Shown here piece by piece: positions 31,840-45,690 of a stretch of DNA of 64,000 nucleotides. The stretch is from Macrostomum lignano (lineage: Eukaryota). The position numbers were made by a program, and so were the translations under genes. Each line of letters begins with the position of its first letter. Within the stretch, counting starts at the first letter, position 1. The stretch is taken from contig NIVC01000293.1 in NCBI GenBank assembly GCA_002269645.1, forward strand, positions 62,001 to 126,000, given 5' to 3'. Below the pieces are notes generated by a model. The model did not search any database. It worked only from the letters and a program-made list of their open reading frames with translations, and was not told the DNA's origin.

Positions 31840-34800
31840 AGTTTTAGCGCTCAGAATCAGGAGATACCCAGCATGGCAAAGTTGCAAATCCAGCTAGACT
31901 ATAGCTTTATATGTAGGCGGTTATTGTGACCACCGCAGTGCAGCCTTCCCCACTACACCTTCCCTCCCTCCCGATGAATCGCAGCCTATAGCTGCTACAG
32001 CTCAACCAGTCAGTCGGTAAAAAATTGCAGAGCGGCCATTAGCCAGCCCAGTGGAATTCTCGCTGGTTGTCAAGGAGACTCACGATGCAGACAGACGGCA
32101 GGTAGCGGCGGAGGAGGGGAGAGGTTGAGTTGGATGAGCGGACAGGGAGTGAATCGCGGGCGGGCTGCTCAAGCATGGGAAGGGGAAGGGCCTGGGATTC
32201 GCGAGCGTGTTAAGGAGGAGAGGTGGGGAGTCTAGGAAGAGTGAAGAGAAAGAGCTGCTGACGCGGAGCTGGGCCAAGGCCGGATAGAATGCATTAGCAG
32301 CTGCCACTGAAGACGGAAAAATGCTTGAAACAATGGAAGGAGTTTATAGCACGAACTGCAGGTATAAGACGTTGAGTTGCATGGGATAAAGTGCAATTCT
32401 GTAGTGAAGGCAGGCAGCCTTGGGTTGCTCAGACAGGAGTATTTAAAACTTTTTAGAAAACTGACTGAAGGTAAACAGCGCTTACCATGCCTAAAGCATA
32501 TGCCGTGTTTTAATCTATGGCCACCTATTATGTACATAATTATCCTTTGCTGACGGCTGTGATAAGCTCTTTTTATCGTGGCAGATCAAGACTCGCAGAT
32601 TGATGTCAAGCATGATAGATAATTCCGTTAAAGACAAAGGCAGCAGACAGGAGCCGACTGGAACGGGCAATTCAACAATAGGGGACATAAAAGGAAGATG
32701 TTTTTGAAAGGATGTAAAGCGTTGTCTAAAACTGTGTATCTGGTATTCTGCACGTTAAGAACCGAAGTTTAAGCCGTGAAATTTTGCGCCAGTTCTGTCT
32801 AAAATTGGCTTGCTAAGCCAGAGGAGCAAATAATAACTAATACGAGTAATAATTTGAACTGTTTTAAATGAATTTTGTACAAATTTACCAACTGATGTTA
32901 AACCCTTGATTGCGATACTACATGTAAGAAATTAATAGCCACTGCCTGGATTTGTGACAGGAATCTTCACGCGCCGATTGGAATGAGAAATAGCCTGACT
33001 CCAAAAATGAACGCAAAGAACTGCTTATATCCCAATACTTCTACTTCGAGTAGGATTAAACTGTTAAAGCTTGAGGACTTGGCTCGTATTATCAAAATAA
33101 TTTTAACAGCAAACAAATACATCTTAAATGCGAGTCATTTTGATGTTTGATATTTATGAAAAATGGATACTAATTTCACATGTATATTATAAAGCAAACG
33201 GCTTCAGCTTTTGAAGCAAAATACATGCATCCGATAATTACTGCGGTAATTTACTGCAAGAACCATGAAAGATTTTAAAAAGCATTACAAGTGCAATGCA
33301 GGTCAAGTACACATAAAAGTTTTGCTAAGCATCGACTGCTGTCACATTATACGTGTTAAACACATTATAACGCATTCTTCTCATGCTCGCCTATTGCCCG
33401 ATCCAACCCAGGATATCAATTAAGGTCTCTTGCCACCATGAATCATATGACGCCCACCGCACTCTTCCATCCACCACAGCCTCCTTGCTTTCGTTCAAAA
33501 TAACCTAAGCGAAACGCACCCAGTGAAATCCCATTCCTGTAATATATATTTCTCCAAGTCACGTGACATCCCATTTTGATTCCCATTCCATTAACCAATC
33601 AGAGCGAGGCAGATGCCGTCACTTGGCTGCGCAGGTCAAGGGGCAGTTCAATGTCGTTTTTGTTACAAATCATTCGAATTTTATAGAAACGAGCAATTGC
33701 GTGCCTATCAGTCAAGAACTGGTACTCGTACCCCTCCACCCCATTAGAATTCGTGATTTGCTCCCCACTATTTTATCTTGACCAAAAGTTCATTCTGATC
33801 TCCTCCATAGAAACTGTTAATCCGGCCCTCTTCAATTTAATGTTGCTGGTCGATTCCCCAGATCTCAAACTCTCACAAAGAAACCGAAGCCTGTACTGCC
33901 TCGATCCGCACCAGAGCCGAGTGACCCATCTAATTGCCAGCCGTGCCAAATTAAGGCATTTCATTATCTTACTACTTTTGTGAGATCTTTACTCAAGATT
34001 TTGACAATTCCTCTAGATCCTACGCACACTTCAGCTAGCCAGTCTGTGCCTGGGTCCTGGGATATATTCTTAACGGCAGCAAAATACATACAAACTCATT
34101 TGAAGAAGAAATTTTGTTTTAGCCACATCTCTATCGCAGCACCGGAATTCCAGCGGAGATCACTGAGGAAGGCTACGCGACTCCGCGCCCAAGACAATAG
34201 ATTTCCCCTATCGCAAAATCCCATATCCCTATCCCCCCGCTCCAGCATTTAGCTAGACTATCTGACGTTGTCATCGTGAAATCCGATATTAATACGCACT
34301 CAAGATGCTCAAAAGCAATTAGGCTAAAAAACAATTTTGTAAAGCAAGCAAAGATTGATTGTGAGAAATCAGACTTGGCGCTCGGGTCTGACTATCGATA
34401 TATTTTATAAGCCGACGATTGGGGTGGGGTTTGGGTTTTGTACACGCAAGGGCGCAGCCGCACGTTGCAAATAACCCCCCAAACACAACCACGTACAACA
34501 TAAAATATTTAGGTGCATAGAAAGCGCAAACTGTTTTATTGCTTCGATAGGCAGTATAGCACTTGGCCTCTCCAGTGCTTAAGGATTTGTAGTTTTTACG
34601 ATCGTATTGTGTGGTCTGGTTGGAATTGTAATAGAAGGCAACGCAAAGAACATTCACCAAGGTTGCTTGTTAACCTAAAAATTTATGCGTAAAACTTTTC
34701 TATAAAAAATATGCAAATCGTTTGAAACATAAAAAAAACGAGCAACCAAAAATATACTATAACAGGACAGGACCCACAACACAAGTAATAACAATGAAAA

Positions 34801-36386
34801 ATAGCATAAGTATAGATTGGTCCGCCAATCGGAGTTAGTGGCAGCCGATGACTGCCTGCCTTGGGTCCTTGTTTAGGAGTGGGTGCGAGGCAGGGGTTTG
34901 CTGTACGTGGGAGAGGTGGTTGGTGCGTTGTGCAGGAGACTTTTATACCCGTGTTTTATAGCTTTGCGTTGTCTAATCAACTCTCGCTGGCCCAATTTAG
35001 TTCTTTGTATTCCCACCGATAATTGGCAGGAGGTTGTTCACGTGCTGTCTGCAATCATCTGTATTCCTGTGTTTCTTCCTTCGACCAGTCCTATATTGCA
35101 AAACTGACTCAAAGTTAGTACGTGTATATGCAGTTGCATGTAACTAAACTGGATCAGGACGAAAATCCACGCGCATTCTGTGAAAAGTCAAACATTTTTA
35201 AGAGTTAAAAAAACTCAAAATATATCAAAGCCTAGTCAGAAAGTGATACCAGACTAACGCAAAAGCAGAAACCTCACGAACTTAAAAAGCTATTTAAAGG
35301 ATATTTGAGCAAGAAAAACATCGTTATAGCAGCAAAAAAGCCTTGCTAAAAGAATAAGCACATTGGATGATTGAAAATATGTTGAGCTACAACAGATAAA
35401 CTTCATATCAGAACTGCTACAACATTCTCCGCATTGCAACTCGAGATCAAGCTGTTTGAAGTCGAATTCTCTAAGACACCGACCCATGCTGCTGAAAACT
35501 TCAGCAGAGCCCACAGCAGAGCTACACACGGTAAAAAAATCCAAACCAATGCCAGTAACAAGCCGATCCGGGCAATCCATTAACTTCACAGTATCGCTGG
35601 TGCTTAAACTCATCCGGTGCACAGCTGATGGGGTGGCCAGAATCAAGCTGCGTCCTGAGACTGTCACACTACGAGCGTCCTTCACATGATCAGGCAGCTT
35701 CAAGCTCTGCTGCAGCTCAAGCGACTCCAGAGAGCGGCAGTTGACATAGCCGTCACTGAGAATGTACAGCTTCTCCATGTCATGCGTAAGACTCTGTTTG
35801 GCACCGAACTGCACATTCTGGACAGTTTGCAACTTTGCACCCGTCAGGTCAGTCATGATTATAGACATAGACAGATTTTCTTGATCTTTGCCAAGCAGAA
35901 ATATCCTCTTAGTATGGTTTACAAGTCTTCCGGAAATTAATTTGATTCCGTTGTTTGGTATTTGCAATTGGCAGATTACATCATTCAAGTCCATGCTATC
36001 GATACGAAACCACCAATCATTGATATTAAAGTCATTGGCAACAGAAAGAATACAAGAATGAGGAAGGGCATAAAAACCATCCTGCAGTGTAGTGGATATT
36101 GATTGTTTAGAGCAAAATAATCCATCCGTATTAGTGATTACATCAGTGAAAATCCAATCAGAATCCGCACAACACTGCGTTCTCTTAGCTACGCACACTG
36201 CAGATTTCCATCTGCTCTGCAGATCGTCATCAGATTCCTCAGCTTCAGCTGCACGAGTATTTACCGCCTGTTGAAGTCTCTCTATCTGTTGCACACCGCA
36301 GTCAACAATATTGGCCCACTGATTTGTGTTTGGAGCATCTACCATTGACATATTAAACTCCTTTCTCAATCGAAAACTGCTCAATG

Positions 36387-37444
36387 TGAAGTACAGGTGT
36401 CTTGCCTGTGGTTGTCTAGAGGCCTTCAATAGGAACGCTGCCCCGGTGAAGTACAGTTGCTTGAGCTCCTCTGGGAAGTCTCCGGGTTGATCTAGTAGCG
36501 TTGGTAGTGCTGCCACCAGCTTCGCAGAGTCGCAGCCTTCGGTGAGGTGCTGAGCTCGTAGAAGCAAATAACTAAGACGAGAGAAAGAGACTCGCACTTC
36601 GTGCAGATTTAGCAGTTCTCGCGCAGAGGTGCCCACCGTCAGCAGTCCCTGCCGGGCTGGTGCGGGGTGAGAGCGAAAGTGCTAGCTTCGGGCGATCTGA
36701 GCTGGCCTGCTAATTGATAGCAGGAACAATCAGAGGCAGTCACGCGCAAAGTCGGGAGTTTGGAGTTCACTTGAAGCGCAAACTTGGCACACAACTTAGA
36801 GTTCGCTAGAAACGAAACGGAAGGAACGCTAGGAAAGCTTGGAAAGCTAGGAACGCGAGGAACGCTTGTCTGAGCCAAGCCATGAGAGGGGCCGCATTTA
36901 TAGGGAGGATCGATTGCACCATAGCACGAAAGGCCCCCGCTGAGAGTCATAAGTGACTCTGTTGCTATTTTTAGCAACAAACAAGCGGGCCCTGCCTCAG
37001 AGGAGGCAAGGGGGGTCCGGGCGCACGTGATCTCCCCATAAACACGAGCCCAGCGTACAATGATGAAATCATTGCACTTTGGACTAAAGAAGGAAGAGGG
37101 CCTTGTCATGTGACTGACTCACATGACAAGGGGAAACGGCCCACAAGTGAAGGCACTCGTGACCGTGGGACCGGAAAACAGAAAGGCACTCCAAATTTGG
37201 AGATGCCTGACAGAGAACGAAACAGAGGCAGGCCAGACCAAGCTGTCTGGGCACTGCAAAAAGGGAAAACGAGACAAAAGGGGGCAAACGAGGACAAACA
37301 GACAGACAGACAAACGAGCAGAGGACAGGCCAGGGGACAGGCGGGAGGGACAGGCAACTGCCCAGCGGCAGACAGAAACCTGGGGAGAAGGCGAGGGCAA
37401 CAGCTGACTAGTGCGGCGCCTAACTAAACTAGCGACTCACTACA
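36387..37444 (-). mobile_element. Solo-LTR-like insertion, 1058 bp
   Basis: TG...CA termini (TGAAGT...ACTACA), 4-bp TSD AATG at 36383-36386 and 37445-37448, minus-strand TATAAA at 36897-36902 followed by short TC-rich repeats. No internal retroelement ORF. Confidence 0.75.
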
Positions 37445-38028
37445 AATGCGTTTCCTTCAGCATCTGCAGCACTGATTTCAGCCGACAGTTGCTCCACAGA
37501 GCTTAGAGATCTCAGACTCTGCTCCAAATCGGCGATCTTTGAGTCCAGTCTACCGATCACATTTTCTCTGCATTGTTTCACTCTCTCCATGATTGAATCG
37601 AACATCCCAGTGTAAAAAGTCGAGTCCGACGGACTCAGATTCGTCATAGTCCGCAGTGATAGGTTATGTACGACCATGTCTTATCTGATCGGACCCTGAT
37701 CGGACCCTGACTTGTAGACTTTGGAAAGACTGCTATTGGACTCTCTATTTATGGCTACTATCAGTAGTGTTGATTGCGAAGTTTGCTTGATTTAAATAGA
37801 GAATTAAAAATTGTTTTATTTCTTTTTAAGCATTGCAATGAGTTGTTTAACTTTTTTGTTTTTGAAGTTTATTTGTATATAATTATTACAATAGATTACA
37901 ATAAATTAATTAGCAATGATAAATGTACCTATAATGACAAATTATAATTCTTTATACTAAATGTTTCATTACCCAGCCATACCGTACATTTTTTCCAGTC
38001 AAACATTAAAATAGACAGTTATTAAATA

Positions 38029-40233
38029 TTAATCAGAATCTGAGTCAACGACTGTAGGCCGGCTGCCCCTTTTGCACTGCTTTTTGGCTGATAAATCATC
38101 GGCTGTGGCAGCCCGCTTCAATCCTCTGGTCGCTGTAGCAGCGGCAGCTTCAGCATTATTGGTGGCCCGTGCAGCTTTTGCTTGAAGTCGCTTCTGCCTC
38201 GCAACCTCTCTTTCCAATGCGTGCTTCAGGACGTCTTTGATAGCATTCTCAATGTTCTTGTCGCTATGCACAGGTTCCCCCGTTTTAGGGTCCCTTGGAA
38301 AGAGGTCCTGAACGGCATCTGAAAAAAATAATTATCAAGTTCATGTTGTAATGATCACGCTTGTAGATGTCTACTATCAGTAGCAACAACCGGAAATAAA
38401 AAAGAGAAATGAAACTTCAACATAATATGCCCGATTTACTGTAAATCAAAAAGTGTGATCCCCGACCCCGAGTGATTCTGGGTGTGGTGAACTGGAAGCA
38501 AACGAATAGCAATAAATTCCAACAAGCACTCACCAATAAACAACTTTCTGACTCTCTTGAATCCCAGCTGCTCATAGTCGATTATGCCGCACTCTGGAAA
38601 TTCCTCTTGGCAGCGCGGAATACAGCCTTTGCCGCTCCAATTGACCAGACACAGCATCCTCGGCGACAAACACTTGTCCATCATTCGACGGATCGTATCC
38701 GGCAGGGTGCTGCACCGGCAACCACGCAGGCCTGCGATCTGAGTTGTGACATAAAAAGTATCCGGTGAATTGTGAAAACTTTCAATTTTCAATTTTCAAA
38801 AACAAATCCTCAAAAAGTGTCACGCTCTACTTTAAGTAGAAATACATAATCACTTATTTCATTTCCACACTACACATTCGGTTATCTTTATCCACAAAGA
38901 TGACAAACTAAAAAATGAGCTGTCTTCTTTTTAAGTGATTGTGATTCTCTTCCTATCAGTGTTTCGGATATACTTACAAGGCTGGACTGAAGCTGCGTTG
39001 ATGAGAGAAAGTCAATATACTTCTCCCAGGAGTCGATGGGCTCAAAGTATTGGCGACTGCCGCGGGCTGGTCCTGATGTTCCGGAGCCGAGACGTGCGTC
39101 CGCGAGGGAAGAAGCGATGCCCTCCAGAATCGGCAGCACTTTTTGCTCCAGCTGCTTAATTCTTCGGACAGCGTCGCAGCTTCGGCGTGCGCTCAGCATG
39201 GCTAGTATGGCGACTCCGTTCAGCGATTCGGCCGTTGTTCCTTCTGCTGCGAGATACTGCCTGATGTTGTGCATCGCTGCTGGATTTAGTTGGTCGATCC
39301 CAGCGTCAGAATCTGGGTCATCGGCGACATACCGCCGAACTGTTGTCGGCGGCGTGGCTGGCACCGACATCGACGTCGCCGCGACGCTGTCCCGCCGAAC
39401 TGTTGTCGGTGGCGTGGCTGGCACCGACATCGACGTCGCCGCGACGCTGTCCCGCCGAACTGTTGTCGGTGGCGTGGCTGGCACCGACATCGACGTCGCC
39501 GCGACGCTGTCCCGCCGAACTGTTGTCGGCGGCGTGGCTGGCACCGACATCGACGTCGCCGCGACGCTGTCCCGCCGAACTGTTGTCGGCGGCGTGGCTG
39601 GCACCGACATCGACGGTGGCGTACGTGTGTTCAGCGGGTGCCGTTGAGAAGGCAGAAGGGCGTGATTGAAGGCAGGCAGCTCTGGTTGAGCAGCAAGAGC
39701 TGCAACGTCCCCTTCCTGGCTTTCCCTCATCCGGTTTTCGCTCTGCGCCTCATTCTCTTCGTCGGATGTTCTAATGTCCTTTGGTATGAGAGTGGGTGAA
39801 AGAAGCTGAGAAGTGCGAGTGAATGACGGTTAGAGAAAATTGATAATTAAATTTGAAATTGAATAAAAATATTTTCACTTACCCTCATGTTCGTGAATCG
39901 GTTCCGCCGGCCGACATTCACCCTGGGAATGGCGCACAGAATCCCTTCGAGACTCTTTCTTTTAATGCTGATCAAATCCCGAATAAATTTTATAGTCGGG
40001 TCTGTTTCCGTGTTCTCATCAAGTACAATTTGAACTATGCACGCGTCAAACCATTCATTGCCGAAGTCGGCCCTTACTCTAATTGGATTTTTATAAAAGC
40101 GATTTTCTGCGCCTAACTTCTCCCAGTCCTCCACAGTATACTCTTGGTACTCACCAAGAGCTACCTCACTGAACATGAGCTCAATGACCTGCTTGTCGGT
40201 CTCAAAATAAACAATGAATCGGACAGATTCCAT
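38029..40233 (-). CDS. Transposon accessory protein with C-terminal DUF4806/BEN-like region; exons 40233-39883, 39805-38978, 38738-38534, 38318-38029 (~557 aa)
   Basis: Exons join in phase. Motif TIRRMMDKCLS...LVNWSGKG...IDAVQDLFP...IENAIKDVLKHALER resembles DUF4806 proteins that accompany animal EnSpm-like transposases. Confidence 0.72.
39332..39616. repeat. Coding 60-bp tandem repeat (SMSVPATPPTTVRRDSVAAT) x~4.7
   Basis: Units start at 39332, 39392, 39452, 39512, 39572 and are nearly identical. Confidence 0.95.
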
Positions 40234-40544
40234 TGCTGTCTGTCAAATCTAGATGGGAATCGGAACTGGAAAAAAGACTGGATTGACTGTCTTCTATGCA
40301 GGTTGGCATGAGAATATAGCTATAGTTGCGGGAAAGGGATGCAGGAAAATCAAATTCCTCATCCAATCAGCGCAGCTATAGCTGTATTGACCAACCCTCA
40401 CCCATTACTCGACCTCCTCCCCATTCTTCCCTCCCCCTTCCCACTCGGGCCTTGATCCTAAATCAAGCTTCAAAAAATGAAAAATGAAAAATATTAAAAA
40501 TCATTCGAAATGAAAAAAAATTGAGTTGTATTTGCAAAACAAAT

Positions 40545-42785
40545 ATGCCGAAGGAAAAAAAAACCGAGGACGACACGAATCCAAGCAGACAGTTTCAAAA
40601 CTTCCTATCTGAAAGCCGGAAGTCTGCACTACCCATTGAAAATCTACATGCCGATGCAAATATTTTCCCAGCTTGCGCTGAAACCGACCCTGCAGATCGC
40701 GATTTCGAATTCGACTCAGGATTCCTCGCACAGTGCATGAATGCTTTGGTTCTTCCGAGCGAATACGAAGATGACGAAGCCAGAGTAGCTTCTGATGATG
40801 AAGATAGTGAAGACGAGGCAGCGAAGCCCAGCATGGACACTCTAGACGACGAGCTGCTCGTCCTTTTCTTGCTGCACAACCTGTCTCACAGGGCCATGCA
40901 GTTCCTCTTAAATGCACTTCACAGTCGTGGATTGCCTGTTTCCAAATCCCTTTACTTATTAACAACGAAGGATGGGAAAAAGAAAGTCCTTAAATACCCA
41001 ATGGGGACAGGCGACTTTGCATACTTAGGTATTGCCTCGAATATCGGCTACCTCCTGAGCAAAAATCTACTGAGATTGGGCCAAGCATCTACTCTTCCGA
41101 ACGGTTCTAAAGGGTTCGAAGTCGACATCAAAATTGGCATTGACGGGATGCCAGTTTACAGGGCATCGAACTATAGTGCCTGGCCCATCTTGGCGCTAAT
41201 CTCTGGATTCGACAGACCCGTCCCGATCGGGCTGTTTGCTGGAATAGGTGAGTGACGAAAAAACTAAGCGATATTTCCCACTTTAAATCCCACATCCGAT
41301 TTAAATCCCACGCCTACCAAATCCCACACTCATTATATTTTCACACTTATTAAAATTATGTAAATAAAATTCGAAATTTAAATTTTTATCCTATTTGAAT
41401 CTCAGGAAAGCCGCCTCTAGAAGACTACATAGCCGAATTTTGCAAGGAGGCTGCGGAACTGATGTCGGACTTCAAGATGATTGAAGGAGTGAACATCAAG
41501 ATCCGAAAACTAGACTTCATCTGCGATGCGCCAGCTCGCTCATTCATCTGCAAGACACTGGGGCACAATTCTCATGCCGGCTGTTTCTATTGTAGAAGTA
41601 TAGGAAAGACCGTCGACAGACGAGTTGTGTACCCGACAACAGCGGGAGAGTCGCGCACGGCTGAAGATTATCGCACAGGAAGGTAGGAAGATTACTTGCT
41701 AGTTAATAAAAAAGTAATCTCCCTGCGAGAATCGCCCATAATATCTTTAAGTGAATCGCCCATAATCTCCACATTTCTTCCGTCTATCTCCACATAATCC
41801 TCAACATTTCAGTGAGTCAAACCAGCGCGCTGGGCCCAGTCCCCTGATGCAACTGCCGGGATTGGAGTTTCCGCAGTGCATTCCACCGGACTATATGCAT
41901 CTGGTCTGCCTAGGAACAGTGCGGAAGCTGTTCCACTTTCTGTTTGCTACGGATGACGGCCGCCACTGCAAACTTCGGCCCAGCGACATAGCAGCACTAT
42001 CAGTCGAAGTACAAAAGGTCGCTCCGTTCACACCATCCGAATTCCAACGACGACCTCGTCGGATTGATCGGGAGTTGTCTCATTTTAAGGCGTCAGAGTT
42101 GAAAAACTTTGTTCTGTATTTCGGCCCGGTTATCTTTCGGCGATTTCTTCCCGTCCTCCTGTACAAAAATTTCCTGCTTCTACAATTTGCAATATATGTG
42201 TTCATGACGCCAGAGTTATTATCTCATCCCGAGATTTTTCGCTACGCCGCAGCTGCCCTAACCATGTTTGTCAGCGACGCCCATAAGCTGTACGGAAACA
42301 GTGTCATGAGTCACAACACTCACGTGCTGCTGCACCTTCCGGAATTTGTTCGTTCCTTTGGTAGCTTGAGCAATTTCTGCGCCTTCCCCTTTGAGAACTA
42401 TTTGTCGCACCTAAAAAAGCGACTACGAGTAACTCGCTTCACCACAGCACATTTGCTGGCACAAATGCTGAACGTGCGCGAAATGCTGACCACGAACCCA
42501 GCTTCATCTCTGCGCTACAGTCCAAAGCCGCCTAACAAGTGCTGCGTGATTGGAGACAACATAGTGCGTATTTCAGCAGTCCATGGCAATGGAGAAGTCA
42601 CAGGAGTGATTCTCCAATTTAATGGTGGCCTGTACGAGTACCCATACACATCGGAGCTCCTGCGCATAGGGTACTACTGTGACTCCCGTCAAACAATTAC
42701 CGGAATGCCAAAGAAGAAGTGCATAATGCTACCGCAACCAATAGGCTGCCTTGTTGTGCCACTGGTGTCAGAGGATTTGAATTGA
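40545..42785 (+). CDS. EnSpm/CACTA-like DDE transposase; exons 40545-41247, 41406-41682, 41813-42785
   Basis: Exons join in phase. Motifs IGIDGMP, WPIL, FICDAPARSF..GH...GCFYC, PDYMHLVCLG, FKASELKNFVLY, NTHVLLHL, FPFENYL. No stop or frameshift seen. Confidence 0.9.
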
Positions 42786-44914
42786 ACATCGAATATTATT
42801 CTCATATGCTCGTATTGACCATACTCTCAATTAGATTAGGTGCACATAAGCTTGCAGTTATAAACTCGTGAGCTGTAAAGGTCATAAAGTATTGAAATAA
42901 ACGCATTCGTAATTTAGGTGCACCTAACCTAATGCGAAAAGTCATTTGTAATAATATTTATAAGTAATCATACTTCTAGTTATTTTCACGACCAATTCCA
43001 TGCTATTCTACCTGGACTATTCTAACCTGGACTGCAAGCCTCAGAATTTCCTCATGTGGGCCTCACTGGGGTTTCGGTGCACAAGATGCGGGGCAGAGAC
43101 CAAGTTGGGGCAGGGAAGAGAGGGGAAGACAGGAAAGGCAGTGAACAATGTGCAGTGAATTTAATTCCAAGTTATTTTATTCAGGGCGACCCATTTCATT
43201 CCTTGCTCTTTTCATACTTTGAAGTATGCTCTTTATTGTTCTAGACAAGTGTACGGCTTGTCAAAAAGCAAATTCTCCTGTTTGTTAGTTTAAATTTCTA
43301 TTTTTCTTCTTGCAACAATGCAAATTGCAATCCAATGTTCCCGCCTCTCGTATCTGGGGCTCTCCGCGGCCAGCCGGTTCGCAATGGGCAGGTTGGGGGA
43401 CCTCCCGCCTTCACTATCTCACTGACGGGCAGTTTTTTTAACTGACGGGCAAACAATTACTCCAGGTTTCAATTTGCTGGGTTGTTTGCCCCAAGTTTCA
43501 ATCTCTGACTCTGAATTTTGGTTGCAAGTCCAGATTGCAAAGTATAGAAGTTTGGTCTTAGAAAAGGATTCCAAAGCACCAGGTGGGGCCGTGGGGGCGG
43601 CAGAGGCAAAGACCTGGCCCTGCAATTCCCAGCGCTCTGCTTTTCGGTTCAACCTAGGAGCAACTGCACCCAGTGCCCAGTGGTGCAGTAAACCAAATAA
43701 TTCTATATATCAATTCTAGATTAAGTTTGATATATAGAATTCTTTGAGTAAACCCAGCCCCAGTTCTGCGGCGCCTTTCGGCCTGGGCATATAATTCTAG
43801 ATATAGTTTGAAACGAGTATCTAGAATGCTATGGCCTGGGTCACAGGGGCAATAAATCACTTGTACGAGCACTGGGTTTCCACACAAGGCCTTCACAGCG
43901 CAGCCCTTATCTGCTCGCAGGCAGATAAGGGCTCATGGGGAGAGATATTTAAGAGCGGGGAACAACGGAGCCCTGGCTTTATGTAACAATTCTGTAACAA
44001 TTCTTACATGTAACAATGTAACAGTTATGTAACACTTTAGCTCGTATAAACAGAAAATCTTTTGCTCGTTTTGATCTAAATATTGCAGATGGTGTGGTGT
44101 GTTGCTCCATAGACTCATATAGTAGCATCCGGACTGTAAATTATTTTTTTCGTTTTTTTATTACATGGGAGCAACTTCTCCCCATTATGAAGCTAGCTTA
44201 AATTTTCGGGCCTCAAGGAGTCTATTTTTGCTCGTTCAGTCAGTCAGTCACTCACTCACCCAAGTCACTCTCTAACTCGCTCATCCAATCAGTTACTCAC
44301 TCACTCATTCTATATACGGTATTTACATGTAAGGCGACCTAGCGGGCTGGCCTAGCGGAACTCTTTGCCTCCATTTGGCTCCCCAATTTCCTCTTACCGG
44401 TAAAACCAAACTACGGGTTGATTGTCTAGGGGTTTTTGCATTGCATAGGGGTTTTTGTCTTTGTCCATGGACTCCTAGATATACTAGGTATTACTATATC
44501 TAGGAGTCCATGCTTTGTCTCGTCTCGAAGTATTTCTTGGTTTATTGTGTCTTATTTTTCCGTGGGCAGTGGGACCATTTTTCCACTATTTGCAAAAAAG
44601 CAAGTCCAGGCAGGCAGTGCGGGATGCGCAGTCTAGTTATATTTCTTGGTCTGTGCCCCTTGGGCATGCCCCTCTAAAGTATTGTGAACAAAGAAGGATC
44701 TGTGCTTCAAATAAAGATCAAGGCCAGCCAGGCTGTAAATTAAAAATGGCCATGTTTGAATTGTTCGAAGAACACCTGGATGAGGCAGGCGGAAGGGAAG
44801 CAGGATTGTTTATATCATTTTTATTGCTTGTTTATTCAGTATTTATGACAGTACATAACTTTATTGCCGGTGGTAAAGAACGAGAGTCGCAATTTAGTCG
44901 CAAGTTTGGGGAGA

Positions 44915-45690
44915 GATGAGGGTGAGACTGTGAGATAGATGAGGGTTAGACTGTGAGATAGATGAGGGTGAGACTGTGAGATAGATGAGGGTGAGACTGT
45001 GAGATAGATGAGGGTGAGACTGTGAGATAGATGAGGGTGAGACTGTGAGATAGATGAGGGTGAGACTGTGAGATAGATGAGGGTGAGACTGTGAGATAGA
45101 TGAGGGTGAGACTGTGAGATAGATGAGGGTGAGACTGTGAGATAGATGAGGGTGAGACTGTGAGATAGATGAGGGTGAGATTGTGAGATAGATGAGGGTG
45201 AGACTGTGAGATAGATGATGGTGAGACTGTGAGATAGATGAGGGTGAGACTGTGAGATAGATGAGGGTGAGACTGTGAGATAGATGAGGGTGAGACTGTG
45301 AGATAGATGAGGGTGAGACTGTGAGATAGATGAGGGTGAGACTGTGAGATAGATGAGGGTGAGACTGTGAGATAGATGAGGGTGAGACTGTGAGATAGAT
45401 GAGGGTGAGACTGTGAGATAGATGAGGGTGAGACTGTGAGATAGATGAGGGTGAGACTGTGAGATAGATGAGGGTGAGACTGTGAGATAGATGAGGGTGA
45501 GACTGTGAGATAGATGAGGGTGAGACTGTGAGATAGATGAGGGTGAGACTGTGAGATAGATGAGGGTGAGACTGTGAGATAGATGAGGGTGAGACTGTGA
45601 GATAGATGATGGTGAGACTGTGAGATAGATGATGGTGAGACTGTGAGATAGATGATGGTGAGACTGTGAGATAGACATGAAGGTGAGACT
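44915..45690. repeat. 23-bp minisatellite (GAGATAGATGAGGGTGAGACTGT) inside the transposon
   Basis: About 33 almost identical units. Confidence 0.97.

Noticed and set aside
36387-36636. N-terminal ~84 codons of the 448-aa track ORF as genuine host protein
   Set aside because: They lie inside the TSD-bounded insertion, begin at GTG and have no similarity to paralogues.
43902-43950. Helitron 3' terminus
   Set aside because: Hairpin present but no CTRR end at the expected distance on either strand.
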